Shown here: in pieces, positions 50,045-59,059 of the stretch
How the letters are laid out: each line of letters begins with the position of its first letter
How positions within the stretch are numbered: the stretch's first letter is position 1
DNA from: an uncultured Bacteroidales bacterium
GTDB lineage: Bacteria > Bacteroidota > Bacteroidia > Bacteroidales > JAIOZK01
Assembly (NCBI GenBank): GCA_964550205.1
Contig: CAZJYD010000006.1
Coordinates: forward strand, 30,725-94,724
DNA length: 64,000 nt
Direction of reading: 5' to 3'
The notes under the pieces: generated by a model
Told to the model about the DNA's origin: nothing
Databases searched by the model: none
What the model saw: the letters and a program-made list of their open reading frames with translations, nothing else
Made by a program: the position numbers and the translations under genes

Positions 50045-50713
50045 ATGAAGACAACTAATAAAAATATCACAGATGTTTGTTTCGATCAAAAAGAAATCAA
50101 TAAGATAATTGAGTTATGTGATGATGACAGAACATTGTTTTATGAGAAATCAAAAGACATATATTGTAAAAACACAAAATCCGATGCTGTATATTACTTA
50201 AAGGAAGGTAAAGTAAAAGTTCACATTAACATATTTAATGGAAACAGCCAGATCACCAGATTTGTAACCCCTGGTGAAATGTTTGGATTAAGGTCAGCAA
50301 TCACAGGTAATAATCATTTAACTACTGCCACTGCCATTGAAGATTCTACAATATGTGTAATACCCAGGAATACTTTTCTACAAATCATAAAAGAAAAAAC
50401 TGAAATCTCAACATGCATCCTTAAATACTTAATAAATATGCTTCATGATATTGAAAACAGAAGCATTTCTTTTTTAATGAAATCCGAAAGAGAACGTTTA
50501 GCTGAAAACCTTTTAGTCCTGCATAATAAATTCCATTCGGATACAATTAAAATCTTAAAAAAGGACCTGGCAAACTACACAAATATTGAAAGAGATTCGC
50601 TAACATCTCATTTACGCATATTTAAAGATCAGGATTTAATTGCATTCAACAGTGAAAGAATAAAAATAAAAAATATTGATGCCCTGAAAAAACTTGCACG
50701 GTCAGATGTATAG
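50045..50713 (+). CDS. Crp/Fnr family transcription factor (no N-terminal Cys cluster)
   Basis: Beta-roll (YYLKEGKVKVHI...GEMFGL) and C-terminal HTH (LANYTNIERDSLTSHLRIF). Confidence 0.75.
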   Translation: MKTTNKNITDVCFDQKEINKIIELCDDDRTLFYEKSKDIYCKNTKSDAVYYLKEGKVKVHINIFNGNSQITRFVTPGEMFGLRSAITGNNHLTTATAIEDSTICVIPRNTFLQIIKEKTEISTCILKYLINMLHDIENRSISFLMKSERERLAENLLVLHNKFHSDTIKILKKDLANYTNIERDSLTSHLRIFKDQDLIAFNSERIKIKNIDALKKLARSDV

Positions 50714-50770
50714 ATCACAATTTTGTTTTGAACAATTAATTGATTAGAAATAAAAACTTAAATACTTTTT

Positions 50771-52123
50771 ATGAAAACAACAGATATTTTGGTAATCGGT
50801 GGAAGTGCAGCGGGCGTAACAGTTGCATTGACATCAAAAACAAGGAATCCTGACAAAAAAGTTACTTTAATCAGGAAAGAAGAAAAGGTAATGGTACCAT
50901 GTGGTATACCATATATCTTTGGAACAGTTAAAACAACTGATAATAATATCCTGCCCGATGCAATGTTGGAAAAGTCTAAGATTGATATTCAGATTAATGA
51001 AGCAGTTGATATTGATTTTGACAAAAAAATATGTATTCTTAAGAATGGGGAAAAAATAGTTTACGAAAAAATCATTCTTGCAACAGGTTCCTCTCCTGTT
51101 AAGCCAAAATGGCTGAATGGTGGTGATTTTGATAACGTATTTACTATCCCAAAAAACAAAAATTATCTTGATAATATTCAGGCAAATCTTAATGGTGCAG
51201 AAAATATAGTTGTTGTAGGAGCAGGGTTTATTGGTGTTGAAATAGCAGATGAGCTGAACAAAGCCGGTAAAAAAGTTACTCTTGTTGAAAAATTACCTCA
51301 GATTTTGGGATTGGCTTTTGATAAAGAATTTGCTGATGCTGCTGAAGATATTTTAAAAAGCAGGGGTATTAACGTTATTACAGGAGCCGGCATAAAAGAG
51401 ATAAACGGAAATGGAAAAGCAGAAGAAGTATTATTGGAAAACGGTAATAAGCTACCAGCAAATGTTGTGATTCTCTCAATGGGCTATAGACCTAACACAG
51501 AGCTTGCCAAACGTTGTGGTCTGGATATTAATGAGCGTGGTTTTATTAAAGTTGATGAATATCTCAGAACAAACAAACCCGACGTTTTCGCTGTTGGCGA
51601 CTGTGCCGAAAAAAAGGACTATTTTACCAGGAAAACAAGTTCAATTATGCTTGCTTCAACAGCATGTGCAGAAGCACGTGTAATCGGGCTCAATCTGTAT
51701 AAATTATCAACCCCAAAATCATTTGGTGGTACAATTGCAGTATATTCAACAGCAATTGGCGATATTGCTTTTGCCACAGCAGGTATTACTGAAGAAATGG
51801 CAAAAAAAGAAAACTACGAAATTGTAACTGGTACTTTCGAAGGGCCTGATAAACATCCGGGATCATTACCGGGCACACATAAACAAAAAATTAAACTCAT
51901 CGCATCTAAAGAAACAAAAACATTGCTTGGGGGTGAAATAATGGGAGGAAGCAGCACCGGTGAGCTTATCAATACTATTGGTTTGGCTATTGAGAACAAA
52001 ATGACACTGAGCTCACTACTAACATCTCAAATAGGAACCCATCCATTACTGACAGGATCACCGATAGGATACCCTCTTCTTAAGGCAGCAGAGATAGCAT
52101 GTAATAACAGTAATTCTCATTAA
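50771..52123 (+). CDS. FAD-dependent pyridine nucleotide-disulfide oxidoreductase, NADH oxidase / CoA-disulfide reductase family
   Basis: FAD motif VIGGSAAG. Single redox Cys in VPCGIPY (Cys44, equivalent to Cys42 of Nox/Npx). NAD motif VVGAGFIGVE. GDCA motif. Confidence 0.8.
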   Translation: MKTTDILVIGGSAAGVTVALTSKTRNPDKKVTLIRKEEKVMVPCGIPYIFGTVKTTDNNILPDAMLEKSKIDIQINEAVDIDFDKKICILKNGEKIVYEKIILATGSSPVKPKWLNGGDFDNVFTIPKNKNYLDNIQANLNGAENIVVVGAGFIGVEIADELNKAGKKVTLVEKLPQILGLAFDKEFADAAEDILKSRGINVITGAGIKEINGNGKAEEVLLENGNKLPANVVILSMGYRPNTELAKRCGLDINERGFIKVDEYLRTNKPDVFAVGDCAEKKDYFTRKTSSIMLASTACAEARVIGLNLYKLSTPKSFGGTIAVYSTAIGDIAFATAGITEEMAKKENYEIVTGTFEGPDKHPGSLPGTHKQKIKLIASKETKTLLGGEIMGGSSTGELINTIGLAIENKMTLSSLLTSQIGTHPLLTGSPIGYPLLKAAEIACNNSNSH

Positions 52124-52131
52124 TAAACAAC

Positions 52132-52184
52132 AGGGGTGTATATTACAACCTATATGACTTGTGACATGCACCCCTATTTTTTTT
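52132..52184 (+). terminator. putative rho-independent terminator between convergent genes
   Basis: AGGGGTG (52132-52138) pairs with CACCCCT (52169-52175), followed by a T8 run. The loop is long (~30 nt), which lowers confidence. Confidence 0.45.
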
Positions 52185-52187
52185 ACT

Positions 52188-53540
52188 TTATTTGAGAATT
52201 AATTTCTTTCTGACAATTAAATCATCTGAACCTAACTCTATAATATATATTCCCTTTAAAATGGAAGAAACATCTACTGCACCCTTTACGTGCTTTTCAT
52301 GTAATACTATCCGACCAACCTGATCGTAAATTTTTAATTCTCCGGAGTAACTTTTATTGTTCTTTGTTATGAATATTTCTTTATTGGCAGGATTAGGATA
52401 TAAGTGAAACCTAACATCCGTAACAGTTTCAAAAACACTTGAAGCATTACAGGCTTCTTCGACTTCTGTTTGCGAGCTGCATCCACTGTTATTATTATGT
52501 AACCAAATTATTCCACCGGGATCAGCCAGGTAATCACAAACACTTTTTACTTCACATTCTGATAATAATGGATTATAGGTTATCTTCAGATTTGTAATAG
52601 TTTGATAACCTATATTTTCAATACCCCGCAATGATTCTAATGTTTGATTTCCACCTATAATCAATTCTCCTCCTATTGAAGTAAGATTTTCCAATCCTGC
52701 TAAGTTAGAAAGAGTATCACAACCTTTTATTTCCAAACCACCACCAATAGAATTTAAATTACTCAAATTAGATAAGTCATCTAAAGGAGGCCCCAGAATA
52801 CTCATTTTTCCGTTTACATTATTTAGAGCATCTAATCCTGTTAACGAATGAAGTGCAATAAGTGTATTTAATAAAAAATTACCATTGACAGATGTAAGTG
52901 AATTTAATCCTGATAAAGTTTCTATTCCTTTACAATCATTAATCACAAAGTTACCTTCAACGCTTGTTAAGGAACTTAATCCGGTAAAATCTGTAATATT
53001 ATGTACGTATGCCATATCCATTCCTCCTGTCGTAGTAACTGATTCCAGACCAGTTAAACTACTTAATGCTTCATGATAACCGATCTCCAATTCACCACCA
53101 ATTGATTCTAAAGCATCCAGTCCGCTTAAATCCGTAAGTACATGATTTTCGTAAAGAAAAAGACCGCCTCCTATTGTCTCCAAGGCATCCAGACCACTAA
53201 GTTCTGTCAGGGATTCATTATATTCAATCCGAAGGTATCCTCCTATTGACTTCAAATTATCCAAACCGGAAAGATTAGTAAGGTTGTCATTTTCATTTAT
53301 TTCAAGATAACCGTCAATTTTTTCCAGTACATCTAATCCGTCAAGGTTATTTATATCCGTTTCATAACCAGTACCAATGCTAACATCGCCTTCAATTTCT
53401 ATACAATCCGGATAATTGGTCTGGAAGTTATCTATCGCTTCCTGGCTCAGAAAAACTATACCATCGGGCAAACATGTTTGAGAGAACACAAAACCTTTTA
53501 TAAAAAGGGTCAATAAAAATAATAAAGCTATTTTTTTCAT
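52188..53540 (-). CDS. leucine-rich-repeat surface protein with T9SS C-terminal sorting domain
   Basis: Signal peptide. ~10-11 tandem 24-aa units (LSGLDALESIGGELEIGYHEALSS consensus). C terminus LYPNPANKEIFI...GIYIIEL...KKLILK typical of Por/T9SS tails. Confidence 0.8.
   Translation of the reverse strand: MKKIALLFLLTLFIKGFVFSQTCLPDGIVFLSQEAIDNFQTNYPDCIEIEGDVSIGTGYETDINNLDGLDVLEKIDGYLEINENDNLTNLSGLDNLKSIGGYLRIEYNESLTELSGLDALETIGGGLFLYENHVLTDLSGLDALESIGGELEIGYHEALSSLTGLESVTTTGGMDMAYVHNITDFTGLSSLTSVEGNFVINDCKGIETLSGLNSLTSVNGNFLLNTLIALHSLTGLDALNNVNGKMSILGPPLDDLSNLSNLNSIGGGLEIKGCDTLSNLAGLENLTSIGGELIIGGNQTLESLRGIENIGYQTITNLKITYNPLLSECEVKSVCDYLADPGGIIWLHNNNSGCSSQTEVEEACNASSVFETVTDVRFHLYPNPANKEIFITKNNKSYSGELKIYDQVGRIVLHEKHVKGAVDVSSILKGIYIIELGSDDLIVRKKLILK
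52565..53345 (-). repeat. intragenic tandem array of ~72-bp (24-codon) imperfect LRR units
   Basis: Recurrent DNA pattern ...CCnCCAATTGA..TCCAA.GCATCCAG.CC.CTTA... visible on the plus strand. The protein-level periodicity is L.GL..L..IGG.L.I..N..L.. Confidence 0.75.
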
Positions 53541-53644
53541 TTTTCTATATTTAGTAATTAATGATTTCGGTAAAAGTAAGAAGATTATTCCAATTATTCT
53601 TATGGGATTGGTATAAAACGCTTAATTAGGTCCCCTGACATTAG

Positions 53645-54451
53645 CTAAATAAAAAGTAACAAACTAATTGCCATTATAGCCATACCTGCAATAAGACCTC
53701 CGATGGCGATATGATGTTCTCCAAATTCTTCGGCGGTTGGTAAAAGCTCATCCAATGATATATAAACCATAATACCAGCCACACTGGCAAATATAACTCC
53801 AAAGGTAGATTCATTAAAAATACTTCTTAAAATAAAATAGCCTATTACGGCACCAACCGGCTCTGCCAACCCGGACAAGAATGACAGCCAAAAAGCTTTT
53901 CGTCGTTTCCTTGTTGCGTAATAAATAGGTACCGAAACCGCAATACCTTCTGGTATATTATGAATTGCAATAGCAACTGCAATGCTTATTCCAAGAGCAG
54001 GATCTGATAAAGCCCCTATAAAGGTAGCCAGGCCCTCAGGGAAATTATGAATGGCAATAGCAAGTGCTGAAAACATCCCCATACGCAGCAACTTGTTCTT
54101 ATTTTGAGGCTCTATATTCCGTGCATCAATATTTTTTATTTCATGTGGGTTTTCATAGGAAGGGATCAACTTATCAATTATTGCTATTAGTGCTATACCT
54201 GCAAAAAATGCAATAACTGTATAAATATATCCAAATTTATTACCATAAGCAATTGCTAATGATTCTTTTGCTTTTACAAAAATCTCAACCATTGAAACAT
54301 AGATCATAACTCCGGCTGAAAAACCTAATGACGCAGTTAAAAACTTCGGATTGAATTTTTTAGATAATAGCGACATTATACTTCCAATCCCGGTTGATAA
54401 TCCAGCAAAAACGGTTAGGCCAAATGCAAACAAAATATTTCCCGTATCCAT
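53645..54451 (-). CDS. zupT: ZIP family zinc transporter ZupT
   Basis: 8 TM helices. HNFPEGLA and HNIPEGIAV metal-binding motifs. Confidence 0.88.
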   Translation of the reverse strand: MDTGNILFAFGLTVFAGLSTGIGSIMSLLSKKFNPKFLTASLGFSAGVMIYVSMVEIFVKAKESLAIAYGNKFGYIYTVIAFFAGIALIAIIDKLIPSYENPHEIKNIDARNIEPQNKNKLLRMGMFSALAIAIHNFPEGLATFIGALSDPALGISIAVAIAIHNIPEGIAVSVPIYYATRKRRKAFWLSFLSGLAEPVGAVIGYFILRSIFNESTFGVIFASVAGIMVYISLDELLPTAEEFGEHHIAIGGLIAGMAIMAISLLLFI

Positions 54452-54552
54452 TAATAAACGCTTTTAAATTATTATTAATCAAGCATTCTATAACTTAAAA
54501 CCGGTCTCAATTTGTAACGATCTTAAAGGCTCCATTGCTTTTGGCTACCAGG

Positions 54553-54765
54553 CTATTTTTTCTCCTTAATTTTACAAGTTCTTAGTCCAAAAGGCATGTA
54601 GAGCGGACAATTACCAATTAAGCTTGTCAGCAGAAAAACACCTGCAACCACTAATATTACAATACCCCATGTTCCGGTTATAACATTTGTAAAATAAAGT
54701 ACCACTAAAATTGCAGCGATTATCACCCTGATAATTCTGTCTGCTATACCCATGTTCTTTTTCAT
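54553..54765 (-). CDS. DUF2892 (YgaP-like) small membrane protein
   Basis: GIADRIIRVIIAAILVVL...GNCPLYMPFGLRTC matches the family pattern. Confidence 0.75.
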   Translation of the reverse strand: MKKNMGIADRIIRVIIAAILVVLYFTNVITGTWGIVILVVAGVFLLTSLIGNCPLYMPFGLRTCKIKEKK

Positions 54766-54800
54766 ATGTATTAATTTAAATTTGTAAATAATTTCCTTTG

Positions 54801-54808
54801 CAAATATA
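54801..54808 (-). promoter_or_regulatory. -7 promoter box (TATATTTG)
   Basis: TAnnTTTG match on the minus strand, 35 nt upstream of the DUF2892 gene start. Confidence 0.4.
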
Positions 54809-54870
54809 CCACATCATTTCTTTTATAAATTATTTCTTTTCCATATTCAGAAAGGAATCATTGAGTGATT

Positions 54871-55503
54871 TTAAGGATAATTTTCTTGTGTGTTCATCAA
54901 ATTAATTATCAGTACAAGTCTTTCTTCCTTTTTGGTAAAATCAATTTTTTGAAAACTTTTTAATATATGTGAATATGATTGTGGGTTTAAGCCTCCACTT
55001 TTCTTAATTAATTCAAAGTATGATTTAAAGAAATCATTACGTTTTGAAAGAATTTTTAACAATTTAAAATATCTTCCATGCATATTAAGATCAAAGGAAA
55101 ATGGTTGACACACATTCAAAGTTAGTTTATTCCCATTACAGAGTTTAGCAGTATCATTGATGATATATATTTCTTTAAGTGCCTCTTTATCAAGGGACTT
55201 GTAAAACTGTAGCCTTTCTTTTCTACCCGGCAAAAGAATGTTAAAGTCACCCCTTTCAATGGCGACCGGGCATGTGTTACTTAAAAAATCAACATAGGCT
55301 TTATCAATAAGTAAGTTTTTACCTGTTTGTTTTATGACAAAATTATCGTAGAAATCAATAATCTTGTTTATAGTTATCAGTTGATTGCTATTAAAAACTT
55401 TATTCAGGGTTTTGTTCTGATGAGAGCAGCTTACAAAAAATCCGACCGCTAAAATAAAAATACATGTTAAATATCTTCTCAATTTTTTCATAATACATTT
55501 CAA
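54871..55503 (-). CDS. hypothetical lipoprotein
   Basis: Lipobox-like FFVSCS after a hydrophobic leader. No recognised motif. Confidence 0.5.
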   Translation of the reverse strand: MKCIMKKLRRYLTCIFILAVGFFVSCSHQNKTLNKVFNSNQLITINKIIDFYDNFVIKQTGKNLLIDKAYVDFLSNTCPVAIERGDFNILLPGRKERLQFYKSLDKEALKEIYIINDTAKLCNGNKLTLNVCQPFSFDLNMHGRYFKLLKILSKRNDFFKSYFELIKKSGGLNPQSYSHILKSFQKIDFTKKEERLVLIINLMNTQENYP

Positions 55504-55555
55504 TATATCAAATAATTCTTATATCCCTTAATTTCATTAGTGTGTAACTTATAAT

Positions 55556-56329
55556 CTATTTTGATATTCGTACACGGTTAATCCATCCAATTACTCTATG
55601 TGGAATAAGAGGTAATAATAACACAATTAGTTTATTAAATACCCCGGGAATGCATTCCGGTTTAGCCTTAAATAGGGCTTTTACTCCTGAATAAGCAACT
55701 ATTTCGGGCTTTTTCATTATTCTCAATCTCATAGCCAAAGGCACATTTACGCGATCCATATTATAAAAAGCTGTAGCCGTGGCACCGGGTATCATGCATG
55801 TGACTTTGATCCCATAAGGTTTCATTTCGGTTCTGAGAGCCCGTGTAAAAGAACGAATAAAGGTTTTTGTTGGTCCGTAGAAGGAAATAACCGGGTAAGG
55901 CATCACAGCCGAAATAGAGGACATATTCAGAATATATCCATTTTTTCTGTATATCATTTTTTTACCAAACAAATGACAGAGTAAAGCCGGGGTTATTACG
56001 TGAAGCTGCAGAATAGCAACTGCATTTGAATATTCGACTTTTGCTGCTTCTCCCATAACTAAAATACCTGCATTGTTTACAAGCACCTCAACTTCAAAAT
56101 GATTTTTTTCACAAAAATCAAAAACTTCTTTTGCTGCTTCTGTATTTGTCAGATCAATATTTAATGTTAGTACTGAAACAGGATAGGTGTCCTCTAACGT
56201 TTTCTTTAAAATATCCAATTGTTCAGGCTGATTGCTCACAGCAATGACTGAATAACCATGATGGGCCAGCTCTTTTGATGTGTGCCAACCGATACCTGAA
56301 GAAGCTCCTGTTACTAATGCATATTTCAT
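55556..56329 (-). CDS. short-chain dehydrogenase/reductase (SDR)
   Basis: TGASSGIG cofactor motif, NNAG, catalytic S...YxxxK (YGPTK). Confidence 0.85.
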   Translation of the reverse strand: MKYALVTGASSGIGWHTSKELAHHGYSVIAVSNQPEQLDILKKTLEDTYPVSVLTLNIDLTNTEAAKEVFDFCEKNHFEVEVLVNNAGILVMGEAAKVEYSNAVAILQLHVITPALLCHLFGKKMIYRKNGYILNMSSISAVMPYPVISFYGPTKTFIRSFTRALRTEMKPYGIKVTCMIPGATATAFYNMDRVNVPLAMRLRIMKKPEIVAYSGVKALFKAKPECIPGVFNKLIVLLLPLIPHRVIGWINRVRISK

Positions 56330-57552
56330 GTGCCGTTTAATTTTCCATAAAGCATTTTGCGTATTTCAGGACTTGCCTCCTCGTTCTGAATACAAGATGC
56401 TTTTTGGGTATACATAACCGCTATACAATAATTACAAATATCGCATGTTGATATTGACAATTCACGCTGACGCAGTTTTTTAACAAAATCGGGATCTTTA
56501 ATCAGCGCCCTTGCAATTGCTACCATTTCAAATTTATTATCGAGCACTTCCAATATCTTTTCCCGTGATATCAATCCTCCTACATAGACTAAAGGTAGTT
56601 TTAACTGTTCTCTGAACTTCAATGCATCTTTTAGAAAATAGGCTTCCTGGTATGGCTTTGCCCTGATCAACTCATTTCCTAACATTCGGACAAATATCTT
56701 CATTAATTTATTGTTCATATGATATGCCATAATTCTGATCGGCATTGTCCCTCTCAGGATATACATAGGTGCTTTACTCACAAAACCGCCGCTTAATACA
56801 ATAGCATCGGCTCCGGTCTGTTCCAACATCCCAGCTACTTCCAGACATTCCTCTGTTTCCATACCACCCTTAAATCCATCACTCATATTCATTTTTACCA
56901 ACACGGCTATATCATTTCCGGCTGCCTTTTTTACTTTGCTCATAACCATATGCATGAAACGTGAGCGATTTTCGAGAGAACCGCCAAATTCATCTTTTCT
57001 GTGGTTGGTATAGGGCGAAAGAAACTGACTGATAAGATATCCATGCCCGGCATGAACTTCCACCGCGTCAAAACCCGATTCACGAGCAAGATATACAGCC
57101 TTGCCAAAAGCTTTGGCTATCTCCCTTATCTCAGTTTTTGTCATAGCCCTGGGGAATGTCGGGCCATACAGATTAATACGTGAACTCGGTGCAACAGGTC
57201 TTGAACCGGTAACAGATGATCTGGCCATATTGCCGCAATGACCAATTTGTATTGAACAAGCAGCTCCTTCTTTGTGCACAGCATCAGTCAATATTTTCAG
57301 TTTATTAACCACCTCTTTTCTCAACCACAATTGATGAGGGAAAGATAATCCTGACCTGTCAATTGCTGCATATGCAACGGTTGTCATTCCAATACCGCCA
57401 GCCGCTACCGCACGGTGGTAATCTATCAGGTCATCAGAGGGTGAGTTTCCCGGGCACATACCTTCAAAAGCCGCTGCACGGATAGTCCTGTTGCGAATTG
57501 TAACAGGCCCAAGCTTAAAAGGTGTGAAAAGTACACTATCTGATGTTGTCAT
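56326..57552 (-). CDS. Old Yellow Enzyme-family NADH:flavin oxidoreductase with C-terminal four-Cys motif
   Basis: TIRNRTIRAA, HAGHGYLISQFLSP, RxDEFGGSLENR motifs of the OYE TIM barrel. C-terminal CDICNYC-x10-C. ATGA overlap with the SDR gene. Confidence 0.8.
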   Translation of the reverse strand: MTTSDSVLFTPFKLGPVTIRNRTIRAAAFEGMCPGNSPSDDLIDYHRAVAAGGIGMTTVAYAAIDRSGLSFPHQLWLRKEVVNKLKILTDAVHKEGAACSIQIGHCGNMARSSVTGSRPVAPSSRINLYGPTFPRAMTKTEIREIAKAFGKAVYLARESGFDAVEVHAGHGYLISQFLSPYTNHRKDEFGGSLENRSRFMHMVMSKVKKAAGNDIAVLVKMNMSDGFKGGMETEECLEVAGMLEQTGADAIVLSGGFVSKAPMYILRGTMPIRIMAYHMNNKLMKIFVRMLGNELIRAKPYQEAYFLKDALKFREQLKLPLVYVGGLISREKILEVLDNKFEMVAIARALIKDPDFVKKLRQRELSISTCDICNYCIAVMYTQKASCIQNEEASPEIRKMLYGKLNGT

Positions 57553-57623
57553 ATATTATTTTTTAAACAAAGACTTTCCGTATTCATATCTTTTTATCCA
57601 CATTCTGTCAGTAATTATTATTA

Positions 57624-58082
57624 TCAAAAAAGCAATAACATACCAAATTGGCTTTCCTTTAGGAAAAAAATTGTTGAAGGATGCTCTCTTATAATTGTTT
57701 TTCTTGAAAAGATACCCGACAGAACATAAGCTGGTAATAATGAAATTAAAATTGTAATTATTATTAATAGAGTTCCTTTTTCTATACCCTCAATATAAAT
57801 CAGATAAAGATAAAAATAAAAATGCAATGAGGCAATAATCCAGACTATAAAAAAAGTAATCCATCGTTTATTTGTATTATTCGATCTCCTGTTATTTTTC
57901 AATGAGCAAAAGAAAATACTCACCAGAGCAGGTGCAAAAGCTCCGATACGCATAAGTGGCAGTTGTAATAAGAAACTATCAGGAAACAACAAATAAGCTA
58001 AACTCCACGCGATCCATGATAACAAATAAACAAACATAAAGAAAAATAGTATGTCATATTTCAGAAGTAATTTCATATGCAA
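57624..58082 (-). pseudogene. probable truncated CPBP-like (CAAX protease/Abi-type) membrane protein fragment
   Basis: The N-terminal layout (FFFMFVYLLSWIAWSL...GAFAPALVSIF) resembles CPBP intramembrane proteases, but the ORF ends after ~150 aa, before any EExxxR/H motif region. Confidence 0.3.
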
Positions 58083-58440
58083 TCAGGTACTTGATCTGCA
58101 AATCATATTTTTCATCATTTATCGTTTTAATCTGTTTAACAAATGATTTTTTATTTACTATAAAAGCCACAGCATATAATGGTATCTTTTGGTTGTAAAA
58201 GTTCTTTTTGAGATCAGTAATATGAAGCCTAATAACAAGGCTATCAAGAAGCCTTGCCAAATAGAATGAAGAAGGGTCCATCCGGTTAGCCTCAATGATT
58301 TCATCCAAAAATACTACATCTAAAATTCTTCCTTATTATTATTAATATAATGACTCCTGACTTTTTTATCCGCCTGATTTGCCAGTAAGAGGAGAAGGCG
58401 GAAATACACATAATCAGTACTCAATTTTCGTATTTAGTTA
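58054..58440 (-). pseudogene. possible remnant of a P-loop/AAA+ ATPase gene, broken across frames
   Basis: Minus-strand fragments in different frames: STDYVYFRLLLLLANQADKKVRSHYINNNKEEF(stop), then GRILDVVFLDEIIEANRMDPSSFYLARLLD... (Walker-B-like hhhhDE). No Walker A segment is present. Confidence 0.25.
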
Positions 58441-58549
58441 ATTCATTTTCTATAATTTCGATTTTGTTTCTTATTGTTTTTTGAGGATTAAATTTGTTCA
58501 ATATTGATAACGCTATAAGTGAAATTACCGCAAAAATAATTTTAAGAAC

Positions 58550-59056
58550 TTAGTTTTTCGCTTGCAAGGCTTCGTTTACTTTCGCCACATCATCATTCTT
58601 TATGATGAATCCCAAGCTAATGAAATCAATTTTCCATTGATCGTTTGTTTGCACTAAATGAGATGTTTGGCAAATAGGCATTTGCGGATTCCATTCCGGG
58701 AATGTGATTCTTTCCATAATCACAGCAGATTTACCACCGGGAGAAATTTTAATCTTTCTCATATCAACATTGTATGAATAAGCTGCGGTTGTATCGGCGA
58801 AAAATTGGGAACACATTTCCAGGAAAGCAGTTTTATCCATATTTTCTTCAGGGTCAGAACCGTAAAATTTGCCATCTTCAGTAGTAAGTTGATCTATCTT
58901 GTTCAGGTGATTACTATTCCAGGCTTCAAGATACTGATCTGCTATTTACTCAGTTGATTTAACCAATTCTGCTTGATCCTGATTGTGGGATTTCGTCCCG
59001 GAAGAGCAACCATACGCAAATAGAATTAAAATAATCACTAAAGCGTTTCTTTTGAC
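58550..59056 (-). pseudogene. NTF2/SnoaL-like lipoprotein gene with an in-frame stop and no canonical start
   Basis: Minus-strand reading: (ATT)VKRNALVIILILFAYGCSSGTKSHNQDQAELVKSTE-TAA-IADQYLEAWNSNHLNKIDQLTTEDGKFYGSDPEENMDKTAFLEM... continuing into the 96-aa ORF. The in-frame TAA is at 58946-58948. The signal peptide is preceded directly by the upstream gene's stop. Confidence 0.6.
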
Positions 59057-59059
59057 AAT

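Noticed and set aside
50733-50742. Perfect palindrome CAATTAATTG upstream of the NADH oxidase-type gene, considered as an operator
   Set aside because: It is a short AT-only palindrome in very AT-rich DNA and is expected by chance. It bears no resemblance to the TGTGA-type site, and no second copy was found.
52565-53345. Regular ~72-bp periodic repeats, considered as a possible CRISPR or noncoding array
   Set aside because: The repeats are in frame inside a long ORF and encode LRR units. There is no repeat-spacer alternation with unique spacers, and no cas genes are present.
58946-58948. In-frame TAA considered as evidence for stop-codon reassignment or programmed readthrough
   Set aside because: TAA terminates most well-supported genes in this window, for example the 1000-aa gene, the 79-aa DUF2779 fragment and the gene ending at 63911. 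The same gene also lacks a start codon, so pseudogenisation is the simpler explanation.
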